Assembly (NCBI GenBank): GCA_035507415.1
Contig: DATJOF010000016.1
Span: 4,978-68,977, forward strand
Direction of reading: 5' to 3'
Source: Solirubrobacteraceae bacterium
Lineage (GTDB): Bacteria > Actinomycetota > Thermoleophilia > Solirubrobacterales > Solirubrobacteraceae
Length of the DNA: 64,000 nt
The notes beneath the pieces are model-generated. The model had not been told where the DNA came from. It saw only the letters and a program-made list of their open reading frames with translations, and searched no databases. Of the stretch, positions 1 to 9,291 are shown piece after piece. The first letter of the stretch is position 1. Every line of letters begins with the position of its first letter. Made by a program: the position numbers and the translations under genes.

Positions 1-44
1 CCGAGAAGTAGTCTCCGTGTACCGATGATCATCGCTTGCGTGCC

Positions 45-3000
45 ATGAGCGACCGCCGTCGAAACATCTTCACGCTGCTGCTCGTCGCCGGCCTCGTGCT
101 GGCGTCGCTGGTCGTGATCCTGACGATGCCCACGCGCCTGGGTCTGGAACTGAAGGGCGGTGTGCAGCTGGTCTATCTCGCCAAGCCGACGGCGCAGGCG
201 AAAGTCGACAACGAATCGCTGACCCAGGCGATCAACATCATGCGCAAGCGCGTCGATCAGCTCGGCGTGACCCAGCCCGAAATCCAGCGCAGCGGCGGCC
301 AGGAAATCGACGTCGATCTGCCCGATGTGAGCAACTCGCAGCGCGCCGAAGCCGAGGTCGGTAAGACCGCCCAGCTGTACTTCTACGACTGGGAGCCGAA
401 CGTGATCGGCCCCGACGGCAAGCCGGCGGGTTCGAGTGAACCGACTGCCACCGGCGGGCCCAATGCCGCCTCCTCGGCCTATGGGCTGCCCGAGTACCAG
501 GCCGTCCTGCGCGCGGCCAAGCGGCCGCCGATCATCCGCAAGACCGACACGACGCTGGCCCCGGGCTGCACGGCCGAACAGAAGGAAGGCTGCGTGTACG
601 GCTCGTGGTACCTGCTCGACACCAAGCATGAAAAGGTCCTGCGCGGGCCCGAGGAAACCAAGGAGAACCTTTACGCCGACGGCTACAAAGTGCCGAAAGG
701 GTCGCAGCCGAAGGTCGTGCACGTCAATCCCGGCACCGTCCTGGTGCAGGCCCGGCCGGTCGAATCGGCCAGCGGCAAGGTCACGCAGCAGAGCCCCAAC
801 AGCTGGTACGTGCTCAACGACGAACCGGTGCTCGAAGGCAAGGACATCACCAATCCCGTACAGGGATTCGACGAAAACGGCGATGGCCAGCCCAACGTCA
901 GCTTCGGCTTCACCTCCTACGGCAAGGGCGTGTTCGAACGCGTCACCAAGGAAATCGCCCACCGCGGCCAGGAAGCGCAGCTGCTTGGCGTGAAAAAGGA
1001 AGAGGCCGAGCAGCACTTCGCCGTGGTGCTCGACGAACAGGTGATCACGGCTCCGTCGATCGACTACACCCAGTATCCGGAAGGCATCGATGCGACGACC
1101 GGCTCGCAGATCTCGGGCGGGTTCACGATCACCTCGGCGCAGAACCTCGCCAACGAGCTGCAGTCGGGCGCGCTGCCGATCAAGCTGGAACTGATCTCCA
1201 ACTCGCAGGTCTCGGCGACGCTCGGCAAAACCGCGCTCAAGCAGGGCCTGATCGCGATGCTCGCGGGCTTTCTGGTTGTGTGTGCCTTCCTGCTGATCTT
1301 CTACCGCGTGCTCGGCGGGATCGCGATCGGCGGGCTCGTGATCTGCGGCATCTACCTGTTCGCGCTCGTCAAGCTGATCCCGGTCACGATGACGCTGCCC
1401 GGGATCGCGGGGGTGGTGCTGACGATCGGCGTGGCCGCGGACGCGAACATCGTGATCTACGAGCGCGTCAAGGAGGAGATCAGAGGCGGCAGATCGATCG
1501 TGTCGGGGATCGCGACCGGCTATTCGCGCGGGTTCGCGGCGATCGTGGACGCGAACGTGGTGACGTTCATGACCGCGTTCATCCTGTTCGCGCTGGCGAC
1601 CGCGGAAGTCAAGGGCTTCGCGTTCATGCTCGGGATCGGCGTGCTCGTGTCGCTGTTCACGGCGGTGCTCGCGACCAGGGCGGCGCTCGGGCTGATGGGG
1701 CGCTCGCGCCTGGTCAGCCATCCGGCCGCGCTCGGCGCGGCCAAGCCCAAGCGCCAGTGGACGATGGACTTCATGGGCCGTTCGAAGTGGTTCTTCTCGC
1801 TGTCGGGCACGATCCTGCTGATCGGCGCGCTGGCGATCGGCGGCAGAGGGATCAACTTCGGCATCGACTTCAAGTCCGGGACGCGCATCCAGACCGCGTT
1901 CGTCAAGCCGGTCACGCAGGCCGAAGTCAGCTCGGCGCTGGCCGCCAAGGGCTACCCGAACGCCCAGGTGCAGAAGGTCTCGAGCAAGGGCATCGGCGGC
2001 AGCGGATATCAGATCTCGACCAAGAAACTCCAGCCAGCGCAGGTCAGCAAGGTCAAGGCCGCGCTCGATGAAAGGTTCGGCAACGGTCCCGAACATCCGG
2101 GCACCAAGAACTTCTCGAGCACCTCGATCGGGCCGACGTTCGGCAAGACGATCGCGGACTCCGCGATCATCGCGATCATCGCGTCGCTGCTCGTGATCTC
2201 GGTGTACATCGCGCTGCGCTTCGAGTGGAAGTACGCCGTGCCGGTGCTGATCGCGCTGATGCACGACCTCTTGATCACGGCTGGGATCTACTCGCTCACC
2301 GGCCGCGAAGTGACCTCGGCCACCGTGGCGGCGCTGCTGACGATCCTCGGGTACTCGCTGTACGACACGATCATCGTGTTCGACAGGGTGCGCGAGAACG
2401 TTCCGCGAATGCCCAGGGCTGCCTTCTCGCAGATCGTCAACCGTTCGATGTCCGAGGTGCTGACGCGCTCGCTGGCGACGAGCTTCTGCACGCTCTTGCC
2501 GGTGCTCGCGCTGTTCCTGTTCGGCGGCAGCACGCTCAAGGACTTCGCGTTCGCGTTGATCGTCGGGATCGCCTCCGGGGCCTACTCCTCGATCTTCATC
2601 GCCTCGCCGGTGCTGACGCACTGGAAGGAGCGCGAGCCCGCCTATCGCAACCGCCGCGCGCGGATCATCCGCGAACTGGGCGCCGTGCCCGCGTACGCGA
2701 CCGCCGTCGGCGGCGCGCCGGTCGACGTGGAGCCCGAGCGCAAGCCCCGGCGCACCCGCCGCGGCAGCCTGATCGCGCCCGAGGAGCCGGGGCAGCAGAT
2801 ATCGCGCGACGAGTTCCAGGAACTGGTGCGCGACCTGGACGTCGACGAGGACGAGCAGCCCGCCAAGAACGGCGGCCAGCAGCCCGCCAAGAGCGGCGGC
2901 GGGGCCGTGGCCAAGCGCCGTGCGGGCAGCCGCGCGGACGGTGATGGCACGGCGACCGTCGAGCGGGCCCCCGAGCGCGATCCCGCCGCCGACCTGACGC

Positions 3001-3086
3001 CGGAGGATCTGGTGCTGAAGGAACCCGCCAAGCCCCGCGAAAAGCGCCGGCGCCCGCGCAACAAACGTCACGGCAGGTCGCGCTGA
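45..3086 (+). CDS. secDF: Protein translocase subunit SecDF (fused SecD-SecF)
   Basis: LGLELKGG, GVTQPEIQ, GALP, GVAADANIVIYER, GIDFKSG and YDTIIVFDRVRE motifs; two sets of TM helices. ATG at 45 preferred over TTG at 36. Confidence 0.96.
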   Translation: MSDRRRNIFTLLLVAGLVLASLVVILTMPTRLGLELKGGVQLVYLAKPTAQAKVDNESLTQAINIMRKRVDQLGVTQPEIQRSGGQEIDVDLPDVSNSQRAEAEVGKTAQLYFYDWEPNVIGPDGKPAGSSEPTATGGPNAASSAYGLPEYQAVLRAAKRPPIIRKTDTTLAPGCTAEQKEGCVYGSWYLLDTKHEKVLRGPEETKENLYADGYKVPKGSQPKVVHVNPGTVLVQARPVESASGKVTQQSPNSWYVLNDEPVLEGKDITNPVQGFDENGDGQPNVSFGFTSYGKGVFERVTKEIAHRGQEAQLLGVKKEEAEQHFAVVLDEQVITAPSIDYTQYPEGIDATTGSQISGGFTITSAQNLANELQSGALPIKLELISNSQVSATLGKTALKQGLIAMLAGFLVVCAFLLIFYRVLGGIAIGGLVICGIYLFALVKLIPVTMTLPGIAGVVLTIGVAADANIVIYERVKEEIRGGRSIVSGIATGYSRGFAAIVDANVVTFMTAFILFALATAEVKGFAFMLGIGVLVSLFTAVLATRAALGLMGRSRLVSHPAALGAAKPKRQWTMDFMGRSKWFFSLSGTILLIGALAIGGRGINFGIDFKSGTRIQTAFVKPVTQAEVSSALAAKGYPNAQVQKVSSKGIGGSGYQISTKKLQPAQVSKVKAALDERFGNGPEHPGTKNFSSTSIGPTFGKTIADSAIIAIIASLLVISVYIALRFEWKYAVPVLIALMHDLLITAGIYSLTGREVTSATVAALLTILGYSLYDTIIVFDRVRENVPRMPRAAFSQIVNRSMSEVLTRSLATSFCTLLPVLALFLFGGSTLKDFAFALIVGIASGAYSSIFIASPVLTHWKEREPAYRNRRARIIRELGAVPAYATAVGGAPVDVEPERKPRRTRRGSLIAPEEPGQQISRDEFQELVRDLDVDEDEQPAKNGGQQPAKSGGGAVAKRRAGSRADGDGTATVERAPERDPAADLTPEDLVLKEPAKPREKRRRPRNKRHGRSR
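2854..2901 (+). repeat. 24-bp in-frame tandem duplication in the SecDF C-terminal tail (QPAKNGGQ/QPAKSGGG)
   Basis: agcagcccgccaaga(a/g)cggcggc at 2854 and 2878. Confidence 0.85.
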
Positions 3087-3376
3087 TGGCGATGCTCGGC
3101 TGGGTCATGATGGGCCTCGCGATCTGGCACTTCACGATCTGGGTGCCCGACCGCTTCTGGGGCGGCATCGTCGGCGCGTTCGTGGGGGCGCTGCTGGGCG
3201 CGGTGATCTTCGGGGTGATCATCGCCAGCGCCAATCTCGGCGTGGCGGTGCCGGGCGAAAGGAAGACTGACATCGTGGTGATTCTCTATGCCGTGCCCGG
3301 CGCCCTGATCGGAATCGGCGCCGCGTATCTCGAGGGCATCCGGCGCGAAGCTCGCGCTGCCCACGATCCAGCCTGA
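3086..3376 (+). CDS. Small (96 aa) multi-pass membrane protein, GlsB/YeaQ/YmgE-like composition
   Basis: About 3 Gly-rich hydrophobic segments; start overlaps the secDF stop (TGATG); coding-like codon usage. Confidence 0.75.
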   Translation: MAMLGWVMMGLAIWHFTIWVPDRFWGGIVGAFVGALLGAVIFGVIIASANLGVAVPGERKTDIVVILYAVPGALIGIGAAYLEGIRREARAAHDPA

Positions 3377-3424
3377 GGCTGAGCGGCTCGCGGTTCCGTC
3401 CACGGTCGACCCTAGGGTTGGGCG

Positions 3425-5188
3425 GTGGTCGAGCCGCGCTTTCAGATCCCGCCGTGCCCGCCCGATCGGGTTGCGCGCCTGCAGCGCGAGCTGGCTGTCA
3501 GTGAGCCGCTCGCCCAGGTGCTGGTGCGCCGCGACCTCGCCGATCCGCTGCGCGCGAGGACGTTCTTGGCGGCCGACGAGCTGCACCCGTACACGGCGTT
3601 CGCCGGCGTCGAGGTTGCCGTGCGCACGATCGCCCGGCATCTGGACGCGCGCAGCACGATCACCGTGCACGGCGACTACGACGTCGATGGCGTGTGCTCG
3701 ACGGCGGTGCTCGTGCGCGTGCTGCGCGAGCTCGGCGCCGACGTCGACTGGTTCCTGCCGGATCGCGGGACCGACGGCTATGGGCTCAGCGCACAGACGG
3801 TCCGCAGGCTGGCCGCGCGCGGCACCAAGCTGCTGATCACAGCTGACTGTGGCGTCTCCGCGGCACGCGAGATCGCGCTCGCCGCGGAGCTCGGCATCGA
3901 GGCGGTCGTCTCCGACCACCATGCGATCCCCGCCGACGGCGTGCTGCCCGATGCTCCGATCGTGCACCCGGTCGCGTCCGGCTACCCCTTTCGCGAGCTT
4001 TGCGCGACCGCGGTCGCCCACAAGCTGGCGCAAGCGCTGTGGGAGCTGCGCGGACGCGATGGCAGCGAGTTGGCGCGCGATCTCGACCTGGTGGCGCTCG
4101 CCACGATCGCCGATGTCGTGCCGCTGCAGGGCGAGAACCGCGCGCTCGTGCGGCGCGGCCTGGCCGCCCTCGCCGGCACCGCCAGACCGGGGCTGCGCGC
4201 GTTGATGGAGGTTGCCGGGATCGACCCCGCGAGGATCAACGAGCGCGCGGTGGCGTTCGCGCTCGCGCCCCGCCTGAACGCGGCCGGCCGCATGCGCCGT
4301 GCCGACGCCGGGCTCGAGTTGATCCTGACCGGCGACCAGGCTCGCGCGATCGAGCTCGCGCGCGAGCTCGATCGCGTCAACCACGAGCGTCGCGCGGTCG
4401 AGCGCTCCATTCGGTTCGAGGCCGAGGCGCAGATCGAGGCGCTCGGCGACATCGCACAGCGGCGCGCGCTCGTGCTGGCCGGGGAGAACTGGCACGCGGG
4501 CGTGATCGGGATCGTCGCCTCGCGCCTGGCCGAGCGCCATCATCGTCCGGTCGTGCTGATCGCGCTCGACGGCGAGCGTGGACGCGGCTCCGGGCGCAGC
4601 GGCTGCGAGGCCTTCGATCTGCTGGCCGCGCTGACGGCCTGCGGCCGCCATCTGCATCGCTACGGCGGCCATCGCGCGGCCGCGGGAGTGGAGATCGAAC
4701 GCGGCGAGGTGGCCGCGTTCGCCGAGGCGATGCAGAGTCACGCGAGCGGCGTGCTGGCCGAGTGCGACACGGCTCCCGTCGAGCGCGTCGATGCGGTCGT
4801 GGGGGGCGGCGAGCTGGGCATGGCGCTGGCACAGGAGCTGCAGCGGATCGGCCCGTTCGGGCACGGCAACCCGCCGGTCTCGCTGATGCTCGAGGGCGCG
4901 GCCTTCGCCGACGTCAGGACGATGGGCGAAGGCCGGCACGTGCGCTTCACGGTGCGGGCCCGCGGAGGCACGGCTCGCGCCGTCGCGTTCAACAACGGCG
5001 GGCGCCTGCCGGTTGCGGCCGACGAGCCGACCCAGGCCACGTTCGCGCTCGAGGTGCACGAGTGGAAGGGAGTCAGCGAGCCGCGCCTGGTCCTGCGTCA
5101 CGCCCGGCCGGCGCCCCTTCCGACGCTTGCAGCCGACCGGCGCATCCGCACAACGCCTCGCCGCCAGCAGCTGGCGCTGTTTGCCTGA
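3425..5188 (+). CDS. recJ: Single-stranded DNA exonuclease RecJ
   Basis: GDYDVDG, DCG, SDHH, ATIADVVPL, APRLNAAGR, GSGRS and GGHRAAAG motifs. Confidence 0.96.
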   Translation: MVEPRFQIPPCPPDRVARLQRELAVSEPLAQVLVRRDLADPLRARTFLAADELHPYTAFAGVEVAVRTIARHLDARSTITVHGDYDVDGVCSTAVLVRVLRELGADVDWFLPDRGTDGYGLSAQTVRRLAARGTKLLITADCGVSAAREIALAAELGIEAVVSDHHAIPADGVLPDAPIVHPVASGYPFRELCATAVAHKLAQALWELRGRDGSELARDLDLVALATIADVVPLQGENRALVRRGLAALAGTARPGLRALMEVAGIDPARINERAVAFALAPRLNAAGRMRRADAGLELILTGDQARAIELARELDRVNHERRAVERSIRFEAEAQIEALGDIAQRRALVLAGENWHAGVIGIVASRLAERHHRPVVLIALDGERGRGSGRSGCEAFDLLAALTACGRHLHRYGGHRAAAGVEIERGEVAAFAEAMQSHASGVLAECDTAPVERVDAVVGGGELGMALAQELQRIGPFGHGNPPVSLMLEGAAFADVRTMGEGRHVRFTVRARGGTARAVAFNNGGRLPVAADEPTQATFALEVHEWKGVSEPRLVLRHARPAPLPTLAADRRIRTTPRRQQLALFA

Positions 5189-5327
5189 CGGATCCAACGA
5201 TCCTGGCGGGGGCTCGCCCGGATCTCACCGCTGGGCTCTTCAATCGGCGAGCGCGCGGCTTCTGCCATCCACGGCCCGACCCCCCTAGATCCACCATCTA
5301 TTCCGCCGAGTGTCCTAACCTTTGACC

Positions 5328-7766
5328 ATGGGGTTGGCAGACGAGCTCAAAGGTCCGCAGGCCGTCGAGGCGCCCGAGCGCGATCTCGCCGGCGAGGCCG
5401 GCAGCATGCCTGCCGGTGCACGCTCCACGGCGCTCGTCCCCGTGGTGCCGCCCGTGGGGACGGTTGTGCCGTCCGCCGCGAGCTCTGTCGCGCTGCTCGA
5501 TCAGAGCACCGCTCGGCTGGATCTCAACGAGCTCGAGCGCCGGCTGCTGAGGGACCTTTTCGCGATCGTCTCAGAGCACGCCGAGGACTCGGCCGTCGAG
5601 GTCGATCGCCGGCGCGTGCAGGACGCGTTCGTGTTCGCCTGCGAGCACCACGCCGACCAACGGCGCAAATCGGGCGAGGACTTCATCGTTCACCCGGTCG
5701 GCGTCGCGAGGATCTGCGCGGGCATGCGCCTGGACACCGAGACGCTGTGCGCGGCGCTGCTGCACGACACCGTCGAGGACACCTCGGCCTCGATCGAGGA
5801 GGTGTCCGAGCGCTTCGGCGAGGAGATCTCGCAGATCGTCGACGGCGTCACGAAGCTGACCGGGATCACCTTCCAGTCGCGCGACGAGGCTCAGGCCGAG
5901 AACTACCGCAAGATGATGGTCGCGATGGCCACGGACGCGCGGGTCATCCTGATCAAGCTCGCCGACCGCCTGCACAACATGCGCACGATCGACGCGATGC
6001 CCAAGCAGAAGCAGATGGAGAAGGCCCGCGAGACGCTCGAGATATACGCGCCGCTGGCCCACCGGCTCGGCATCCACGCGATCAAGTGGGAGCTCGAGGA
6101 CCTTGCGTTCGCGACGCTGCACCCGCGCAAGTACCAGGAGATCAAGGGGCTGGTCGCGCAGCAGCGTGAGGAGCGCGAGCGCTACGTGGGCGAGGCCGGC
6201 GAGTATCTCGGGCGCGAGCTGACCGAGCTCGGGATCACATCGCAGATCGCCGGGCGCGCCAAGCACTTCTATTCGATCTACTCGAAGATGACCAAGAAGG
6301 GACGCGAGTTCAACGAGATCTACGACCTCACCGCGATGCGCGTGATCGTCGAGACCGTGAAGGACTGCTATGGAGCGGTGGGCGTGATCCATTCGCTGTG
6401 GAAGCCGCTGCCGGGCCGCTTCAAGGACTTCATCGCGATGCCCAAGTTCAACATGTACCAGTCGCTGCACACGACGGTGATCGGGCCCGAGGGACGGCCG
6501 CTGGAGATCCAGATCCGCACACGTGAGATGCACGAGATGGCCGAGTTCGGCGTCGCCGCGCACTGGACGTACAAGCGGCGTCCCGGCGCCGAGCGGGCCG
6601 GGCGTGCGAGCGACGGCGAGAGCTCGGGCGAGAACGCCAAGCTGCAGTGGCTGCGCTCGATGCTCGACTGGCAGAAGGACCTGTCCGACCCGCAGGAATT
6701 CATGGACACGTTCCGCGCCGACCTGTTCGAGGACGAGGTCTATGTGTTCACTCCAAAGGGCGAGGTCAAGTCGCTGGCCGCCGGCGCGACGCCGCTGGAC
6801 TTCGCCTACGAGGTGCACACCGAGATCGGCCACCGCTGCGTGGGGGCGCGCGTGAACGGCAAGATCGTGCCGCTGCACTACGAGATGCGCAGCGGCGACA
6901 TCGTCGAGATCCTCACCTCAAAGCGCGAGCGCGGACCGTCGCGCGACTGGCTTGCGACGGTCAAGACCACACGGGCGCGCAACAAGATCAAGCAGTGGTT
7001 CAAGGCCGAGTCGCGCCAGGACACCGAGCACACGGGGCGCGATCTGCTGCAGGAACATTTGCGCAAACAGGGCCTGCCGGCGCAGAAGATCACCGGCTCG
7101 CCGCTGCTTGCCGACGTGATCCGCGAAGTCGGCTATCGCAAGGCCGACGACTTCTACATCGCCCTGGGCGCCGCCAAGGTCTCGCCCAAGCTGGTCGTCA
7201 ACAAGGTGATGCAGCGCCTGAAGCAGGGCGAGGCCGCCGACGACCACGACAGCGCCGAGCTGTTCCGCGTCGGCCGTCCGCGCCGGCGCCCGACCAAGTC
7301 ATCCGATCAGTACGGCATCAAGGTGCAGGGCGTCGAGGACGTGATGTTGCGCCTGGCCAAGTGCTGCAGGCCGGTGCCCGGCGACGCGATCGTGGGCTAC
7401 ATCTCGCTCGGGCGAGGCATCACGATCCACCGCCAGGACTGCCCCAACGTGGCAACGCTGCGCCGTAACTCGGAGCGCTTCACGAGCGTCTCCTGGGACG
7501 GCGACCTGAGCAGCGCGTTCGTCGTCGAGATCCAGATCGATGCGTGGGATCGACACCGGCTGCTCGAGGACCTCTCGCGAGTGTTCTCCGAGTCCGGCGC
7601 GAACATCCTCGAGGCGCGCTGCCTGTCGAGCCCGCCGATGGTCAAGAACCGGTTCGTGGTCGAGATCGCAGACACGCACGCCCTCAAAGCGGCGATCACG
7701 CGGCTGCGCAACGTCGAGTCGGTGTTCGACGCCTACCGCGTAACCCCGGGCGGCTCAGCCGCGTAG
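5328..7766 (+). CDS. relA: Bifunctional (p)ppGpp synthetase/hydrolase (long RSH)
   Basis: HD motif LLHDTVED, KLADRLHNMRT, YQSLHTT, EIQIRT; TGS, zinc (CCRPVPGD...HRQDC) and ACT domains. Confidence 0.96.
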   Translation: MGLADELKGPQAVEAPERDLAGEAGSMPAGARSTALVPVVPPVGTVVPSAASSVALLDQSTARLDLNELERRLLRDLFAIVSEHAEDSAVEVDRRRVQDAFVFACEHHADQRRKSGEDFIVHPVGVARICAGMRLDTETLCAALLHDTVEDTSASIEEVSERFGEEISQIVDGVTKLTGITFQSRDEAQAENYRKMMVAMATDARVILIKLADRLHNMRTIDAMPKQKQMEKARETLEIYAPLAHRLGIHAIKWELEDLAFATLHPRKYQEIKGLVAQQREERERYVGEAGEYLGRELTELGITSQIAGRAKHFYSIYSKMTKKGREFNEIYDLTAMRVIVETVKDCYGAVGVIHSLWKPLPGRFKDFIAMPKFNMYQSLHTTVIGPEGRPLEIQIRTREMHEMAEFGVAAHWTYKRRPGAERAGRASDGESSGENAKLQWLRSMLDWQKDLSDPQEFMDTFRADLFEDEVYVFTPKGEVKSLAAGATPLDFAYEVHTEIGHRCVGARVNGKIVPLHYEMRSGDIVEILTSKRERGPSRDWLATVKTTRARNKIKQWFKAESRQDTEHTGRDLLQEHLRKQGLPAQKITGSPLLADVIREVGYRKADDFYIALGAAKVSPKLVVNKVMQRLKQGEAADDHDSAELFRVGRPRRRPTKSSDQYGIKVQGVEDVMLRLAKCCRPVPGDAIVGYISLGRGITIHRQDCPNVATLRRNSERFTSVSWDGDLSSAFVVEIQIDAWDRHRLLEDLSRVFSESGANILEARCLSSPPMVKNRFVVEIADTHALKAAITRLRNVESVFDAYRVTPGGSAA

Positions 7767-7797
7767 ACGCTCGGGGAGAGTGAAAGCGGCATCACAG

Positions 7798-7826
7798 CCT
7801 GCGGGCTCAGACTGCCCGCAGGGTCA
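7798..7826. terminator. GC-rich hairpin between convergent rel and DAGK genes
   Basis: cctgcggg...cccgcagg inverted repeat; no U-tract. Confidence 0.45.
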
Positions 7827-8927
7827 GGCGACCACGTGCAGTGCGCGCGCCAGGATCGAGTAGCTCACCTGCGCGACCTCTCCGAGATAGTCGCCGTCGA
7901 CCTGCAATGGCAGCGCACGCCCGTCGCTCGAGCGGACCGTCAGCTCGGTCAGCTCCGGCAGGCCCGTGACCTGGCGGTGGCGGCTGACGCGGGCGCGGCG
8001 CGAGAGCACGCGCAGGCCGAGCCCAGGGGCCGAGAGGGGAGAGGCGCGGCGCAGGACACAGGCGCACAGCGTGCCGGAGTCGAGGCTCGTGCCGTCGGCG
8101 ACCTCGATCGGATGGTCGTTGAAGTACGTGAACGGAGAGCCGTTCTGCACGATCGTCGTGATCCCCGGCAGCACCTGCTCGCCCGCCAGCGCTTCCATCC
8201 GCGGCGGGCGCAGCAGATAGCGGCGCGCGAAGGTACCGAGCGCCACCCACGTGAAGTAGTAGGCCCCGAAACGCGCCTTGCGGCGCGGGTTGGCATCGAC
8301 TCGCTCGACGACGCTGGCATCGACCCCGAGCCCGGACGCGAAGGTGAAGCAGCGGCTCTCGGCGGGCGCGCCATCGCTGCGCGAGACGTTGACCATGCCG
8401 AGGTCCACGCGCCGCGGGCGCCAGTCATCGGCCAGCGCGAGCAGGTGCTCGGTGGCGTCGACCAGCTCGCCCGGGATGCCGAGCATCTTGCCGAACACGT
8501 TTGCCGAGCCGCCCGGCAGGCAGCTCAACGGGGTCTGCGATCCGAGCAGGCCGTTGGCGGCTTCGTTGACCGTGCCGTCGCCGCCGAAGGCGACGACCAC
8601 GTCATAGCCCTCGTGTGCGGCCTCGCGACAGAGCACGGTGGCGTGGCCGCGCGCCTCGGTGTCGATCGCATCGACGTGGAAGCCGCCTTGGAGCGCATAG
8701 ACGACGAGGTTGCGCAGCCGGTCGGAGACCGTCGAGGCGTAGGGGTTGACGATGATCAGCATGCGGCGCTTGGCCGTGGAGAGACCTGCTGCGGGGGCGC
8801 TGCGCGGGGCGGGCGCCGGCTGGGGGGCGCTGCGCGGGGCGGGCGCCGGCGCGGGGGCGCGCGAAGTGCGCGACGTCCCGGGCGCCTGTGGCGCGCTCGC
8901 GATGCCCGCTGGGCCATCGGTGCTCAT
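7824..8927 (-). CDS. Diacylglycerol/lipid kinase family protein (YegS/DgkB-like); start uncertain
   Basis: IIVNPYAS, FGGDGTVNEAANG, PGGSAN and LQVDGD motifs. Confidence 0.9.
   Translation of the reverse strand: MSTDGPAGIASAPQAPGTSRTSRAPAPAPAPRSAPQPAPAPRSAPAAGLSTAKRRMLIIVNPYASTVSDRLRNLVVYALQGGFHVDAIDTEARGHATVLCREAAHEGYDVVVAFGGDGTVNEAANGLLGSQTPLSCLPGGSANVFGKMLGIPGELVDATEHLLALADDWRPRRVDLGMVNVSRSDGAPAESRCFTFASGLGVDASVVERVDANPRRKARFGAYYFTWVALGTFARRYLLRPPRMEALAGEQVLPGITTIVQNGSPFTYFNDHPIEVADGTSLDSGTLCACVLRRASPLSAPGLGLRVLSRRARVSRHRQVTGLPELTELTVRSSDGRALPLQVDGDYLGEVAQVSYSILARALHVVA
8791..8860 (-). repeat. 30-bp tandem repeat (~2.3 copies) encoding a Pro/Ala-rich N-terminal linker
   Basis: ggggcgctgcgcggggcgggcgccggc at 30-bp spacing. 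Confidence 0.8.
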
Positions 8928-9090
8928 ATGCAGCGCCTACACCGTTGTTGCGCACGTGTTACCGCCGGTGCATCCGTGCCACGGCCGGCGCCGTTCGCCC
9001 GCCGCGCGCCCAGCTCGCCCAGCAGGCCCCGGCGTGCCGCGGCTCGCACGCGCGTCACCGGTCGCGCTCGGCCGCCCGTCCGGCTCTGCT

Positions 9091-9118
9091 TTGATTCCAT
9101 CCGCCCGCTTGCTAGACT
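9091..9118 (+). promoter_or_regulatory. Housekeeping-type promoter for the SAM riboswitch leader
   Basis: -35 TTGATT (9091), 16-nt spacer, extended -10 TGcTAGACT (9110-9118). Confidence 0.65.
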
Positions 9119-9136
9119 GCCGCGCTACATAGCAGG

Positions 9137-9225
9137 ACACATCAAGAGGGGTGGAGGGACTGGCCCGATGAAGCCCCGGCAACCACCGTCTTAGCGCGGG
9201 AAGGTGCCAATTCCAGAAGATGTGT
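9137..9225 (+). ncRNA. SAM-I (S-box) riboswitch aptamer lacking P4
   Basis: P1 acacatc/gatgtgt, ATCAAGAG, GGAGGGACTGGCCCGATGAAGCCCC, GGCAACC...GGTGCCAATTCC; directly upstream of a sulfur-pathway-type operon. Confidence 0.93.
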
Positions 9226-9291
9226 GGCGGGCTTCGCGCTCTTCGCCACACCGTGTATTACCGGCGAAGGGTCTTCAAAGGAGTCCGAGAC

